From a bacterium (lineage in GTDB: Bacteria > DYJV01 > JALVYZ01), in NCBI GenBank assembly GCA_027037705.1, contig JALVYZ010000237.1, positions 1-35,277 on the forward strand: a stretch of 35,277 nucleotides of DNA. The letters run 5' to 3'. The position numbers and the translations under genes were made by a program. Shown one piece after another: positions 1 to 8,427 of the stretch (position 1 is its first letter; each line of letters begins with the position of its first letter). The notes beneath the pieces are model-generated. The model worked only from the letters and a program-made list of their open reading frames with translations, was not told the DNA's origin and did no database searches.

Positions 1-212
1 TCCCCCTCGAGGCTAGCTACCTCTATAGCGTGGAGGCCGACAAGCTCTACGAGGTCCGCATTACCCCTCATCTACGCAGCCTAGTTGAGCACGCTGCTAA
101 GGCGCTAAGAGAGATGCTGGAGAGAGGAGAGCCTCCGAGCAACGTCGTGGTGCCCCGTAGGCGCTGCAGGGTATGCGCTTATCGCCACACATGCCCCTAC
201 TCGAGGGCATAG
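1..212 (+). CDS. cas4: Cas4 RecB-like nuclease, 3' end only (gene begins upstream of the window)
   Basis: The frame of listed ORF 30..212 stays open back to position 3. The C-terminal CRVCAYRHTC is C-x2-C-x5-C, matching the C-terminal Fe-S cysteine triad of Cas4. It lies next to csa3 and a type I-A operon. Confidence 0.65.
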   Translation, partial: PLEASYLYSVEADKLYEVRITPHLRSLVEHAAKALREMLERGEPPSNVVVPRRRCRVCAYRHTCPYSRA

Positions 213-288
213 CTAATAATAGCAGCATCTTCTCCTTGACCTCGTCGTGGTCCCGCCTTGGCTAGTCATTAGGGATCAGTGCTACCGC

Positions 289-960
289 CTAGGCATTTAC
301 ATAGGTCTTCCTCGTCGCCCTGTAGCGTCCGGTAGCAGGGTTGTATTCTGCGAGTCCCTGGGCTGCGAGCTGTCTGAGCTTCTTGTACGCAGTAGATTTA
401 GGTATTCCAAGTAACCGTGCTGCCTCCCCGGGACCTAGTTCAAGGCCTTTCTCGCTATAGCTTATCAGTGCTCTTAGGAGCTCCCGGGACAGCTCATCTA
501 GCTCCACGTTCTCGAGGTTCTCGAGAGGCTCCTCGACGAGGGCGTTAAAGCCCTCGCCCTCTATCCTTAACAACACATTCCTTATGCTGCCTTGTTGTCT
601 TAGCCCAGTGAGGGCATTGTAGAGAGCAATTACCAGGAGCCTTGGTCCACCGGTAAGCGATGCTACTACCTCGTCGTAGCCCCCGAGCTTCTCCCGGAGA
701 ACCCTCTTGAGCATCCATACGAGCTTTGGCAAGGACTCGCCACGGTAGGGTATCCTTACGAGCTCTGCCCGGGCTCCGAGGCTCGAAGAGAAGAGCTGGA
801 GCTGGGTAAAGGCTTTCTCAACACGAGTCCAGGCATCGCCGCCGGTATCGAGCGCTACCACTACCAGCCTACAGGGCCTATGGTCTCCCAGGGCCCTTAG
901 GATGAACTTCTCGTCGAAGCCAAGGCTTGCTAGTAGGAGCTTGTTGCAGTTCTTGCTCAA
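289..960 (-). CDS. csa3: Csa3 CRISPR-associated transcriptional regulator (CARF domain + C-terminal wHTH)
   Basis: 223 aa. N-terminal LGFDEKFILRAL and SLTGGPRLLVIALYNAL resemble the Csa3 CARF motifs (MGFNETFLLRLL / DLTMGMR in Sulfolobus Csa3). C-terminal GEAARLLGIPKSTAYKKLRQLAAQGL is an HTH. Divergent from the I-A operon. Confidence 0.85.
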   Translation of the reverse strand: MSKNCNKLLLASLGFDEKFILRALGDHRPCRLVVVALDTGGDAWTRVEKAFTQLQLFSSSLGARAELVRIPYRGESLPKLVWMLKRVLREKLGGYDEVVASLTGGPRLLVIALYNALTGLRQQGSIRNVLLRIEGEGFNALVEEPLENLENVELDELSRELLRALISYSEKGLELGPGEAARLLGIPKSTAYKKLRQLAAQGLAEYNPATGRYRATRKTYVNA

Positions 961-1101
961 CGCGGCTACAACCCCAGAGTGTTCACGGCTCTGTGTACCT
1001 GGGATAGTTGGTGGTGTTTCTCCTTATTAGGCCTAGCTGGAACGCAATATGCATAACGCTTAACTATAGTACACAATACCTATATGTAGTGGATACTAGC
1101 C
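961..1101. promoter_or_regulatory. Divergent csa3 / type I-A operon control region
   Basis: 141 bp between divergent starts. It contains A/T-rich boxes (ttaactatag, cctatatgtag about 20 nt upstream of the TTG at 1102, implying a near-leaderless mRNA) and an 8-bp palindrome tatgcata at 1048-1055 flanked by aacgc direct repeats. Confidence 0.4.
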
Positions 1102-1467
1102 TTGCAGCTAAAACCCATATGGCTCCCAAGAGTTCTCTCGTACTTCGCCGAGACCAGGCAGTTCGGGGTCCTAGATAGGATAGCAAATGCGCTTGGAGCT
1201 AACCAGGCACTAGCAGCACTATACGATGCCCTACGAGTGTATAGGAGCAACTGCCTCGGAGACAACCCGGACAGGGAGTGTCCCCGTGCAAGGATAAAGC
1301 AGGATGGAGAAGAGCGGGAGCTAGGCCCAGCAGAGCTACTGGAGAAGGCGGAGTACGAGCTCAACAAGATAGCCGAGATGCTGCTAGACAAGGAGCTCGA
1401 GGAGGAAGGACTACGCGTAGCTAGGACGGCGGCTCTCCTAGCCCTCGGGGCGAAGACAAAACAATAG
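1102..1467 (+). CDS. csa5: Csa5-like small subunit of type I-A Cascade
   Basis: 121 aa helical protein directly upstream of csa2/cas7, the diagnostic position of csa5 in type I-A. TTG start. No strong motif was recognised. Confidence 0.55.
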   Translation: MQLKPIWLPRVLSYFAETRQFGVLDRIANALGANQALAALYDALRVYRSNCLGDNPDRECPRARIKQDGEERELGPAELLEKAEYELNKIAEMLLDKELEEEGLRVARTAALLALGAKTKQ

Positions 1468-1487
1468 GTAGGAGGTGGCTCCTCTCC

Positions 1488-2519
1488 TTGCCCGTGTTCT
1501 TCTCGCTCTCAGCCCGGGTACTCATAAACCTAGAAGCCCTAAACATGGCGGAGAGTGTAGGAAATGTTGTAAGGCACCGGAGAGCGCCAGTAGTGCTGCG
1601 CACCGATAAGGGCTTCGTGCTGAGATATGTCCCGGTTATAAGCGGGGAGAGCCTTGCACATCACTACCAAGTCCTACTCGCCGAGATAGCGGGGAAGAAG
1701 GGGCTACCAGTGTGCAGCGCGTGCTCGCAGGGAGTGTTCCTCAAGCACGCTGATAGCAATGTCTTCAAGAAGTACGACGGCATTGACCCGAAGAAGATGT
1801 TCAAGAACGCAGCCGAGGCCGAGAAATACGTCGTGGAGAAATGTGTCGTCGAGGACATAGGTGGCTTCCTCTTCACAGACATGACTACTAAGCGTACATC
1901 GAGGTTCCGAGTAGGCTACATGATACCGGCCCTCGATGCTCTACGAGTCGGGGCTGCTGCTACTGAGGCACAGTTCCATGTGAGGTACTCGCCTGGTGCT
2001 GCTGGCGGCGAGCAAGCAATATACTATGTAGAGGTTGGTAGCGCTGTATACGTGTTCACCTATGCCCTTGATGCCTCCGCGGTAGGAGCCTATAGCATGG
2101 AGAACGCCGGGGCACCGAGAGAGAACCCCTACATCCTAGGCCAGGAGGATAGGAAAAAGAGAGTAGAGACCGCCTTAGACGCGCTCGCAGCACTACTGGG
2201 CGGAATGACCTGGGGAGCGAAGACAACGAGGTTCCAGCCTCACTGGAAAATACTGAGCCTAGTCGCCTCGATAACGGAGCCTATACCGTTCAACGTGTCA
2301 CCGGGCCACGACAAAGGCTACCTAGCCGAGACAGTTACGCGGGCATGCAGCCTATCAAGAGCCCTAGGCGACTTCAGCGCAACAATACTCTACTACGACG
2401 GCGAAGGCCTAGACGAGGCCAGCTGCGAAAAAGGCGAGAGAGTAGAGGTCATAGATAAGAATAGCTACATAGACGTGATAGAGGAGGCGAAGAAGAAAAT
2501 AACAGAGAAACTAGGATAG
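1488..2519 (+). CDS. cas7: Cas7 (Csa2) backbone subunit, type I-A
   Basis: 343 aa. N-terminal SLSARVLINLEALNMAESVGNVVRHRRAPVV is the hallmark Csa2 motif. GGAGGTG lies upstream of the TTG/GTG start. Confidence 0.9.
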   Translation: MPVFFSLSARVLINLEALNMAESVGNVVRHRRAPVVLRTDKGFVLRYVPVISGESLAHHYQVLLAEIAGKKGLPVCSACSQGVFLKHADSNVFKKYDGIDPKKMFKNAAEAEKYVVEKCVVEDIGGFLFTDMTTKRTSRFRVGYMIPALDALRVGAAATEAQFHVRYSPGAAGGEQAIYYVEVGSAVYVFTYALDASAVGAYSMENAGAPRENPYILGQEDRKKRVETALDALAALLGGMTWGAKTTRFQPHWKILSLVASITEPIPFNVSPGHDKGYLAETVTRACSLSRALGDFSATILYYDGEGLDEASCEKGERVEVIDKNSYIDVIEEAKKKITEKLG

Positions 2520-2575
2520 CAGCAAACTAGTCATTTCTACTACTCATCCACTATATCCTCTCGCCTCCTGTTCCT

Positions 2576-3448
2576 TTGCTTACGCGGCTATACATGCTGA
2601 TAGCCGAGGGAGGGCTAGCAAGGGCCTTGAAACCCGTCATGATAGTCAGCAAGGTTGAGCTAGCATGGGGGTTTAGCGTACGCTACGCCGGGTTATCGGC
2701 TGCCCAGCCCTCGCTCCCCCTACCACCACCCACTACCGTGATAGGGTTCTACGCGGAGCCCCTGGCAAGGCTCCTAGGGCTCCCCGAGTACGGCTTAGCG
2801 AAGCACTGTAGCCCCGCAGGCCTCCTTGCCAAGTACACACTTGGTGCTGCTGCCGGGCTTGACCCGGAGAGCCCCGTAGCCATTAGCGCCCATAGCGACG
2901 TGACGCGGGTGTTATCGCTACCCTATCAGAGGAAGAGGCGAGACTGGGAACCATATGCCTGGAGTGTACAAGCCCTGGGAGCAGCCTATGGCCCCGGGGC
3001 TAGGCTGTACCTAGGCATAGTAGTCGATGCCGAGGGCCTTGCAAGGGAAACCGGCGTAGACGCCGAGGAGCTAGCCGAGCCCATAGCGTGGGCGGGTTGG
3101 AGGCTTGGGTCCAAGGAGGGCCTCGTCTCGGTTCTTGAAAGCTTTGTAGGTGAGCCAGAGACCTTGGAGAAAGAATTTCCCTCAATTCTTTACCAGGAAG
3201 GAGACGTAGCAACCCCCCTCACAATGGGATCAGTTAAGACTATTACTATGTGGAGGCCAGAGCTAGGAGTCTTCTGTGGAGAGGTCACCCAGCCTACGTA
3301 TGAGGAGTACTTTGTGCCCACAAGCCCATACTCTACCCAGGTCTTGCTACTTCCTCCAAGCAAGCCTGTAGTATTCAAGCCCCGGGACTCTGTAGCTTAT
3401 TGTCTTGATACTGATAGGGGTTTATGCATAGCTGCTAAAGGTGTCTGA
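2576..3448 (+). CDS. cas5: Cas5a, type I-A
   Basis: 290 aa. QPSLPLPPPTTVIGFYAEPLARLLG matches the Cas5 N-terminal RAMP motif. Sits between cas7 and the large subunit. Confidence 0.8.
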   Translation: MLTRLYMLIAEGGLARALKPVMIVSKVELAWGFSVRYAGLSAAQPSLPLPPPTTVIGFYAEPLARLLGLPEYGLAKHCSPAGLLAKYTLGAAAGLDPESPVAISAHSDVTRVLSLPYQRKRRDWEPYAWSVQALGAAYGPGARLYLGIVVDAEGLARETGVDAEELAEPIAWAGWRLGSKEGLVSVLESFVGEPETLEKEFPSILYQEGDVATPLTMGSVKTITMWRPELGVFCGEVTQPTYEEYFVPTSPYSTQVLLLPPSKPVVFKPRDSVAYCLDTDRGLCIAAKGV

Positions 3449-3451
3449 GCA

Positions 3452-4585
3452 TTGTACAGTGTCGAGCTCTTCCCACCCGGTTGGATGGGTAGAGGTTTCC
3501 AGCTACTAGCGCTTGCAGCGGCTCCACCGTATCTCGTAGAATCAATAGAGTATGATAAGGTAGTATTTGAGGACAAGGATAGCTTCATAGAGGTCCTCTC
3601 AGCTGCTTACAGCATAGCCGCGGGCCTGCTATCCGATAAACTCGTACAGATTCCCCGCATGTTCGGTAACGACTATAAGCCGGTTGAGAAGCTGGCTGGC
3701 AAGAAGCTGTCAAAGAGCGAGAAGAGATGGGACATAGCTACACAGCTGGTAGTTGAACGCTTGGTCTCGGGAGGCCTTGACCCTGATGGGCCACGGGTAG
3801 TGCCGCTAGCCCTCATGAAGCTTAATTTATTCGAGAAAGCACGTACGATGAAGGGTGGTAGGCCTCTTAGCGACCGGGTTGGAAAGGTTAAGCCCTCTTC
3901 CCTTGCACTAGCTCTTGTTGGTGGCTTATTATCTAAGCTCGGGAGAGTAGGCGATAAAGGCGTCTACGTGGTCCCGCTGCCAGACGCCGGGAAAGAGGAT
4001 CTCGAGACAGTTATGGCGCTCTACTCTATAGCTACTATGACCGGCGTCGATACTAGCCTTGAGCCTCTTGGCCGCCTCTTATCGAGGCAGCGGGTAGCCG
4101 AGCTACCTGTCAGTCTTGACGCTCTACTAGTGTTATACGCTGCCGGGCTAGTAGCCGAGCTACTCGATACCAAGCCGGGAGAGCTATGTGGGGCCAGTAG
4201 CGTTCTCGACCAATTACTGTTCGCGAACGTGTCCGAGGCGGGAAACAGACCCATACTCAACGAGTTGTCCCCCTTAGCTCTCTCTGAGCCGTTATGCATC
4301 CTTGGCTCGGCGCCGCTAAGGGTTCTCGGCTCCCTGCTCCGTAGGGCGGTCTCGCAGGGTCTCTGTGGAGGCGAGCAAGACCCCGGTAGGGAGGCTGTCG
4401 GTCACTGTCTTGGCAGGCTCTTCCTCTACACTATTACGGGTGACAATGTGTACCTCTATGACTGTGCCCGGTTACTCCGAGGAGCAGCGGAGAGCAACGC
4501 GTGCGAGAAGACACGGGGCTCGCTCCTCTGGGCGGCGAGGAATGTGGCCGAGGCCGCTACTAGCCAAGTACTGTACGTGGCCTGA
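3452..4585 (+). CDS. cas8a: Putative Cas8a (Csa4/Cas8a2-like) large subunit
   Basis: 377 aa ORF tightly packed between cas5a and cas3' (a 3-nt gap after the cas5a stop). The call is positional only. TTG start. Confidence 0.5.
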   Translation: MYSVELFPPGWMGRGFQLLALAAAPPYLVESIEYDKVVFEDKDSFIEVLSAAYSIAAGLLSDKLVQIPRMFGNDYKPVEKLAGKKLSKSEKRWDIATQLVVERLVSGGLDPDGPRVVPLALMKLNLFEKARTMKGGRPLSDRVGKVKPSSLALALVGGLLSKLGRVGDKGVYVVPLPDAGKEDLETVMALYSIATMTGVDTSLEPLGRLLSRQRVAELPVSLDALLVLYAAGLVAELLDTKPGELCGASSVLDQLLFANVSEAGNRPILNELSPLALSEPLCILGSAPLRVLGSLLRRAVSQGLCGGEQDPGREAVGHCLGRLFLYTITGDNVYLYDCARLLRGAAESNACEKTRGSLLWAARNVAEAATSQVLYVA

Positions 4586-4591
4586 GGAGCC

Positions 4592-6322
4592 TTGAGGAAG
4601 CCCTGGGAGCGCCCCGGCATAGACAAGCTGGTAGAGAGTATTCGTAGGGGCTCTAGCACCGTCTTCGTTGCCCCGACAGGTTATGGGAAGAGCAAGTCGG
4701 TTCCAAGGCTCCTAGAGGAGAGCAGGAGTGCTGGCATCGCGGCCCGTGTAATACACGTGCTTCCACTGAGGGCTCTCGTCGAGCAACAGTTCATGTTCCT
4801 CAGGAGCCTCTTGGGGAGCCGCGTGGGGTTCCTCGCAGGGCTAAGGCTAGGCCACGGGGACTACTCCGGCTTCATGCTCCGCAAAGCAGTTGTCTCAACC
4901 CTTGACAGCTTCTCCCTCAACCTTGCCCGCCTACCCGTGGCGGAGCTCAGTGGCGTACTCCGAGACGTGTTTGAGGGCCACTACGAGCTCCCCCGCGCAG
5001 CTATTTTCTCCTCGCTAACGGTTCTCGACGAGGCCCATCTCTACGCCGAGCCCTGGGCAGAGGAGCCGCCACTATCAAGACTCTTCACGGAGCTAGTGCT
5101 GAGCGTGTTCTCGCGGGCAGGGCTACCAGTAGTGGTTGAGACCGCTACCATGCCCCGAGGCCTAGTGGAGAGAATAGCCAAGAAGACCCGTGGAGACATA
5201 ATCGCTGTCTGTAGGGACTGTTGCCACGACACAAGGTGCACCGCTATCCATGACAAGGAGTACGAGGAGGAGCAAAGCCTTGCTTGGAGAACAAGCCTAG
5301 TAGACAAGACCAGCGCGCTCCATCGGGCAAAGGAGCTAGCCGAGACTGGTAGAAAGGTACTGGTAAGCGTGAACACCGTGGGCTCCGCTATAGAGGCCTA
5401 TAACTACCTTGCCGAGCACCTGGGTAGAGAGGACATCGTGCTCGTGCACGGAAGACTTAGCGCAGCGGATCGCGAAGAAGCGGTCAAGAATATACCCGGG
5501 GCAAGGATCGTTGTGGCTACACAGGTTATAGAGGCAGGTGTAGACGTTGACGCAGAGGCCCTGGTCACCGAGGCGGCTACCCCTAGTAGCCTAGCCCAGA
5601 GAGCTGGGAGGCTATGCAGAGGCAAGGAGACACTCGAGAGGTGTAGAGAGGAGCCACCAGAGGTAATAATCTATGAGCCCGAGAAGCCCCACCCCTACGG
5701 GGATGCAGTCCCAGCTACATTGATCCAGTTAGAGAAACTCAAGCAGGTGGGAGACGGTGTCGAGTGGAGGCTCCTAGACGACCGGGTAGAGGATACTGGG
5801 AGGCTTAGGAGCTTCCGCGTACTAGTAGAGAGCGTTGAGGACAAGGCCTGGGAGAAACAAGTCCTAGGCAGAGAGCAAGTAGCCTACCTCAACCTCCTAT
5901 ACCTAAGCCTAACAAGCATCTCCAGGGCATCACCGAGGCCAGCAAAGCTACTACTCAGCCACTACTGCAGCCTCGTCCGAGACTCATCCCTCGTAACACT
6001 AGCGATCCCTCGGGATAAGGACGGCTACGACTACCTGGATACCAGCTTGGGCCTCCTAGCAAAGAAGGCTGATAAGATACTTGATTGTCGCGGTGATAGG
6101 TGCAGAGTATTGCTCATAGGTTATGGGGACGAGGTAAAGGAGGTAGAGGACACGGCTCCCCGGGAGAAGTTGCTAAGAGCACTACAGAGCTGCTCGTCGT
6201 ACATGAGTCTCTACCCTGGGCTCGTCGCCGAAGCGGCGAGAAGGCATGGGCTCCGAGGATACCAGCTCCTACCAGTCACGAGGCCCGGGGCCTATCTCAG
6301 AGGAATAGGGCTCGTGGCCTGA
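4592..6322 (+). CDS. cas3': Cas3' SF2 helicase
   Basis: 576 aa. Walker A is FVAPTGYGKSK and the DEAH box is VLDEAHLY. Helicase C motifs are VATQVIEAGVDVD and QRAGRLCR. Confidence 0.9.
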   Translation: MRKPWERPGIDKLVESIRRGSSTVFVAPTGYGKSKSVPRLLEESRSAGIAARVIHVLPLRALVEQQFMFLRSLLGSRVGFLAGLRLGHGDYSGFMLRKAVVSTLDSFSLNLARLPVAELSGVLRDVFEGHYELPRAAIFSSLTVLDEAHLYAEPWAEEPPLSRLFTELVLSVFSRAGLPVVVETATMPRGLVERIAKKTRGDIIAVCRDCCHDTRCTAIHDKEYEEEQSLAWRTSLVDKTSALHRAKELAETGRKVLVSVNTVGSAIEAYNYLAEHLGREDIVLVHGRLSAADREEAVKNIPGARIVVATQVIEAGVDVDAEALVTEAATPSSLAQRAGRLCRGKETLERCREEPPEVIIYEPEKPHPYGDAVPATLIQLEKLKQVGDGVEWRLLDDRVEDTGRLRSFRVLVESVEDKAWEKQVLGREQVAYLNLLYLSLTSISRASPRPAKLLLSHYCSLVRDSSLVTLAIPRDKDGYDYLDTSLGLLAKKADKILDCRGDRCRVLLIGYGDEVKEVEDTAPREKLLRALQSCSSYMSLYPGLVAEAARRHGLRGYQLLPVTRPGAYLRGIGLVA

Positions 6323-6327
6323 TAGCC

Positions 6328-7182
6328 ATGGCTCTCTACGCGTGGACCGGGGTAAGGCTTGGAGAGCATAGCTGCAACGTAGCCGGGCTACTACTGGGGC
6401 TCTTCGGCGAAGAACTAGGAGTGGTTGCTAGAAGGCTCGGCGTAAACACTGACCACTTACTTGTAGCAGCGGGGACAGCTGCACTCCTCCACGACGCTGG
6501 CAAGGCAGCGAAAAAGTTCCAAGAAACACTACGCAGCAGGAGACCGAGCTTCGTCTGCCACGAGCTAGTAGCCGGGAGCCTAGTCTACAACACCACCCAT
6601 GCACTACTAGCCGGGCTCGATGCAGGAAAGGAGGAGCTACTAGCAACAATAGCCAGCATAGCAGCGCTACGACACCACCACGCCATGAGGACCCTCGGCG
6701 AGTGCATAGACCTGGCAAAGAAGCAGAGAGTACCGGGCTTAAGCACAGAGGAAGTGATAGAGCTAGCAGCCGAGATAGAGGAGGCATGCCCCGAGGCAAC
6801 GACCCTAGCACTCGTGCTCCAAAGACTAGCCAGAGACTATACTCCCCTAGAAGGAGCCTCAGTAACAAGAAACGCTATACAAAGCCTCGAAGAAACACAC
6901 CACGTGAGCAAAGAACTACTCTCACTAGCAGCCTCAGCACTAACCGGGCTACTAAGCCTAGCAGACTACCTAGCAGCAACAACACTAGACAAACGAGCCC
7001 ATGATCCCAAGCCACAAGGATACACAAAACAAGTACTCAAAGAACTACAATACCTAATAACACCAGTACAGGGAACAACCCATCTAACCACAAAACTCCA
7101 AACAATAGCGCTCGAGGGGAGAAAGAAACTCGTACAACTACTCGAAGAAGCACTACAGGAAACCATTCTATTCCACTACTAG
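6328..7182 (+). CDS. cas3'': Cas3'' HD nuclease
   Basis: ATG at 6328 lies 5 nt after the cas3' stop. It has an HD-domain motif (ALLHDAGKAAKKFQ) and downstream His residues (ALRHHHAM). The listed ORF 6100..7182 is its unrealistic upstream extension into cas3'. Confidence 0.85.
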   Translation: MALYAWTGVRLGEHSCNVAGLLLGLFGEELGVVARRLGVNTDHLLVAAGTAALLHDAGKAAKKFQETLRSRRPSFVCHELVAGSLVYNTTHALLAGLDAGKEELLATIASIAALRHHHAMRTLGECIDLAKKQRVPGLSTEEVIELAAEIEEACPEATTLALVLQRLARDYTPLEGASVTRNAIQSLEETHHVSKELLSLAASALTGLLSLADYLAATTLDKRAHDPKPQGYTKQVLKELQYLITPVQGTTHLTTKLQTIALEGRKKLVQLLEEALQETILFHY

Positions 7183-7548
7183 GCCCCTATAACACAGCCA
7201 CAAAGCACCACAAAAACACACCATATAATCAGCACGACAAAACACGCCTACACAATACATATTTAGCTAAATCATCATTATAAAAATAGTACATGTTTTT
7301 ATAGATAAGTAAAGAATATAACGAAAAATAACCTAAATCAGCGCTACAAAACTTTCTTTTCTCTTGGGAACACTCCGTGGATGAATTTGAATGCTTCCTT
7401 GGGAACAACGTTTCGAATCCATACGAATCCATAGGAACACCTTCAGGGTCTCAGAATGCTCGATACACGGGAATTAGAGATGTGCCTAATAGCTTAAATA
7501 ACAAACTCATGCAGAGGCCTCATACAGACCCAAAAGGGAACCATACCA
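7183..7548 (+). promoter_or_regulatory. CRISPR leader 1
   Basis: The A/T-rich segment 7255-7340 is followed by about 188 nt (7361-7548) homologous to the other two leaders. A TATA-like ttaaataa at 7494-7501 sits about 48 nt upstream of repeat 1, and the conserved ...aaaagggaaccatacca abuts the first repeat. Confidence 0.75.
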
Positions 7549-8065
7549 GACATACTCAAAAGAGAACTGAAAGAATTTTATCAGCAAAGTCTTGTACTCT
7601 CTTTACTAGCTCGCTTCTGACATACTCAAAAGAGAACTGAAAGTAGTAATGACTCTCAACGGGTTCATGAGCCTAAGTATATCGCATGACGAGACATACT
7701 CAAAAGAGAACTGAAAGTATACCGAGCAAGAAAGCAACAATGTAGGGATTAGTAAGCGCCCGACATACTCAAAAGAGAACTGAAAGTCGAGGTACACGAT
7801 GAGCTTCATACCCGACTCTTTTACCTTTAGACATACTCAAAAGAGAACTGAAAGGGAACAGGGACGCGGGGCTTGCGGCCTCGTCGAGTGCGGAGCCCGA
7901 CATACTCAAAAGAGAACTGAAAGGTAGTATCTGGCCGATGGCGGCTCCTGGTAGATAGTCGGTGCCGAATGACATACTCAAAAGAGAACTGAAAGCATCA
8001 CTGTAGTTCTCCGTGCCCCTCTTCTTACATATCTCCAGCGACATACTCAATAGAGAAGTGAAGGT
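7549..8065 (+). CRISPR. CRISPR array 1: 8 x 25-nt repeats GACATACTCAAAAGAGAACTGAAAG, 7 spacers of 43-49 nt
   Basis: Repeats are at 7549, 7619, 7693, 7762, 7830, 7899, 7971 and 8041. The last (8041-8065) has 3 mismatches, so it is the degenerate distal repeat. With the leader on the 5' side and the repeat ending in GAAAG, transcription is on the plus strand. Confidence 0.97.
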
Positions 8066-8427
8066 CACCGTTGGGTTGACTTTGCTGGTATTCCTGGCAT
8101 CTTTCTTGGACATGTCTATGTTTGATTCAGTAAGGAATTTAAAGAAGTAAATACGGGAACAAGATTTGCGTGTCGAGTACTATTATTCGGTCAAGGTGCC
8201 TGGAAGAGGATTGTAAGGCTTGGCTCTGCTGGATTCTATAGCGTGTCGGTCTTACTGAGCTAAGTTTACGAATGCGGAGAAGGGGACGAGCAGGGCGGGA
8301 TAGGAGTTTAATTATGGGGAAATCTGTAGGGGGCTTGTGTAGATAGATGTTGGTTTGGGGAGTAATGCTGAGGAACTGGGGGATAAGGGGTATTGGTGGC
8401 GCTGAGGAGTTCGTGTGCGACCGTTAT

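Noticed and set aside
1080-1391. Minus-strand 103-aa ORF antisense to csa5
   Set aside because: The translation is Ser-rich and low-complexity, an antisense shadow of a coding region. The same reasoning applies to 8780..9232, 10236..10454, 12750..13244, 18865..19278, 19471..19791, 20200..20658, 6428..6868 and 6702..7004.
6100-6327. Upstream extension of the cas3'' ORF (listed start 6100)
   Set aside because: It overlaps the 3' end of cas3' in another frame with an Arg/Gly-rich junk translation. The ATG at 6328, just after the cas3' stop, is the sensible start.
7606-8113. Minus-strand ORFs 7606..7809 and 7769..8113 with the reiterated peptide FSSLLSMS
   Set aside because: They run through CRISPR array 1. 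The repeated peptide is simply the translated repeat.
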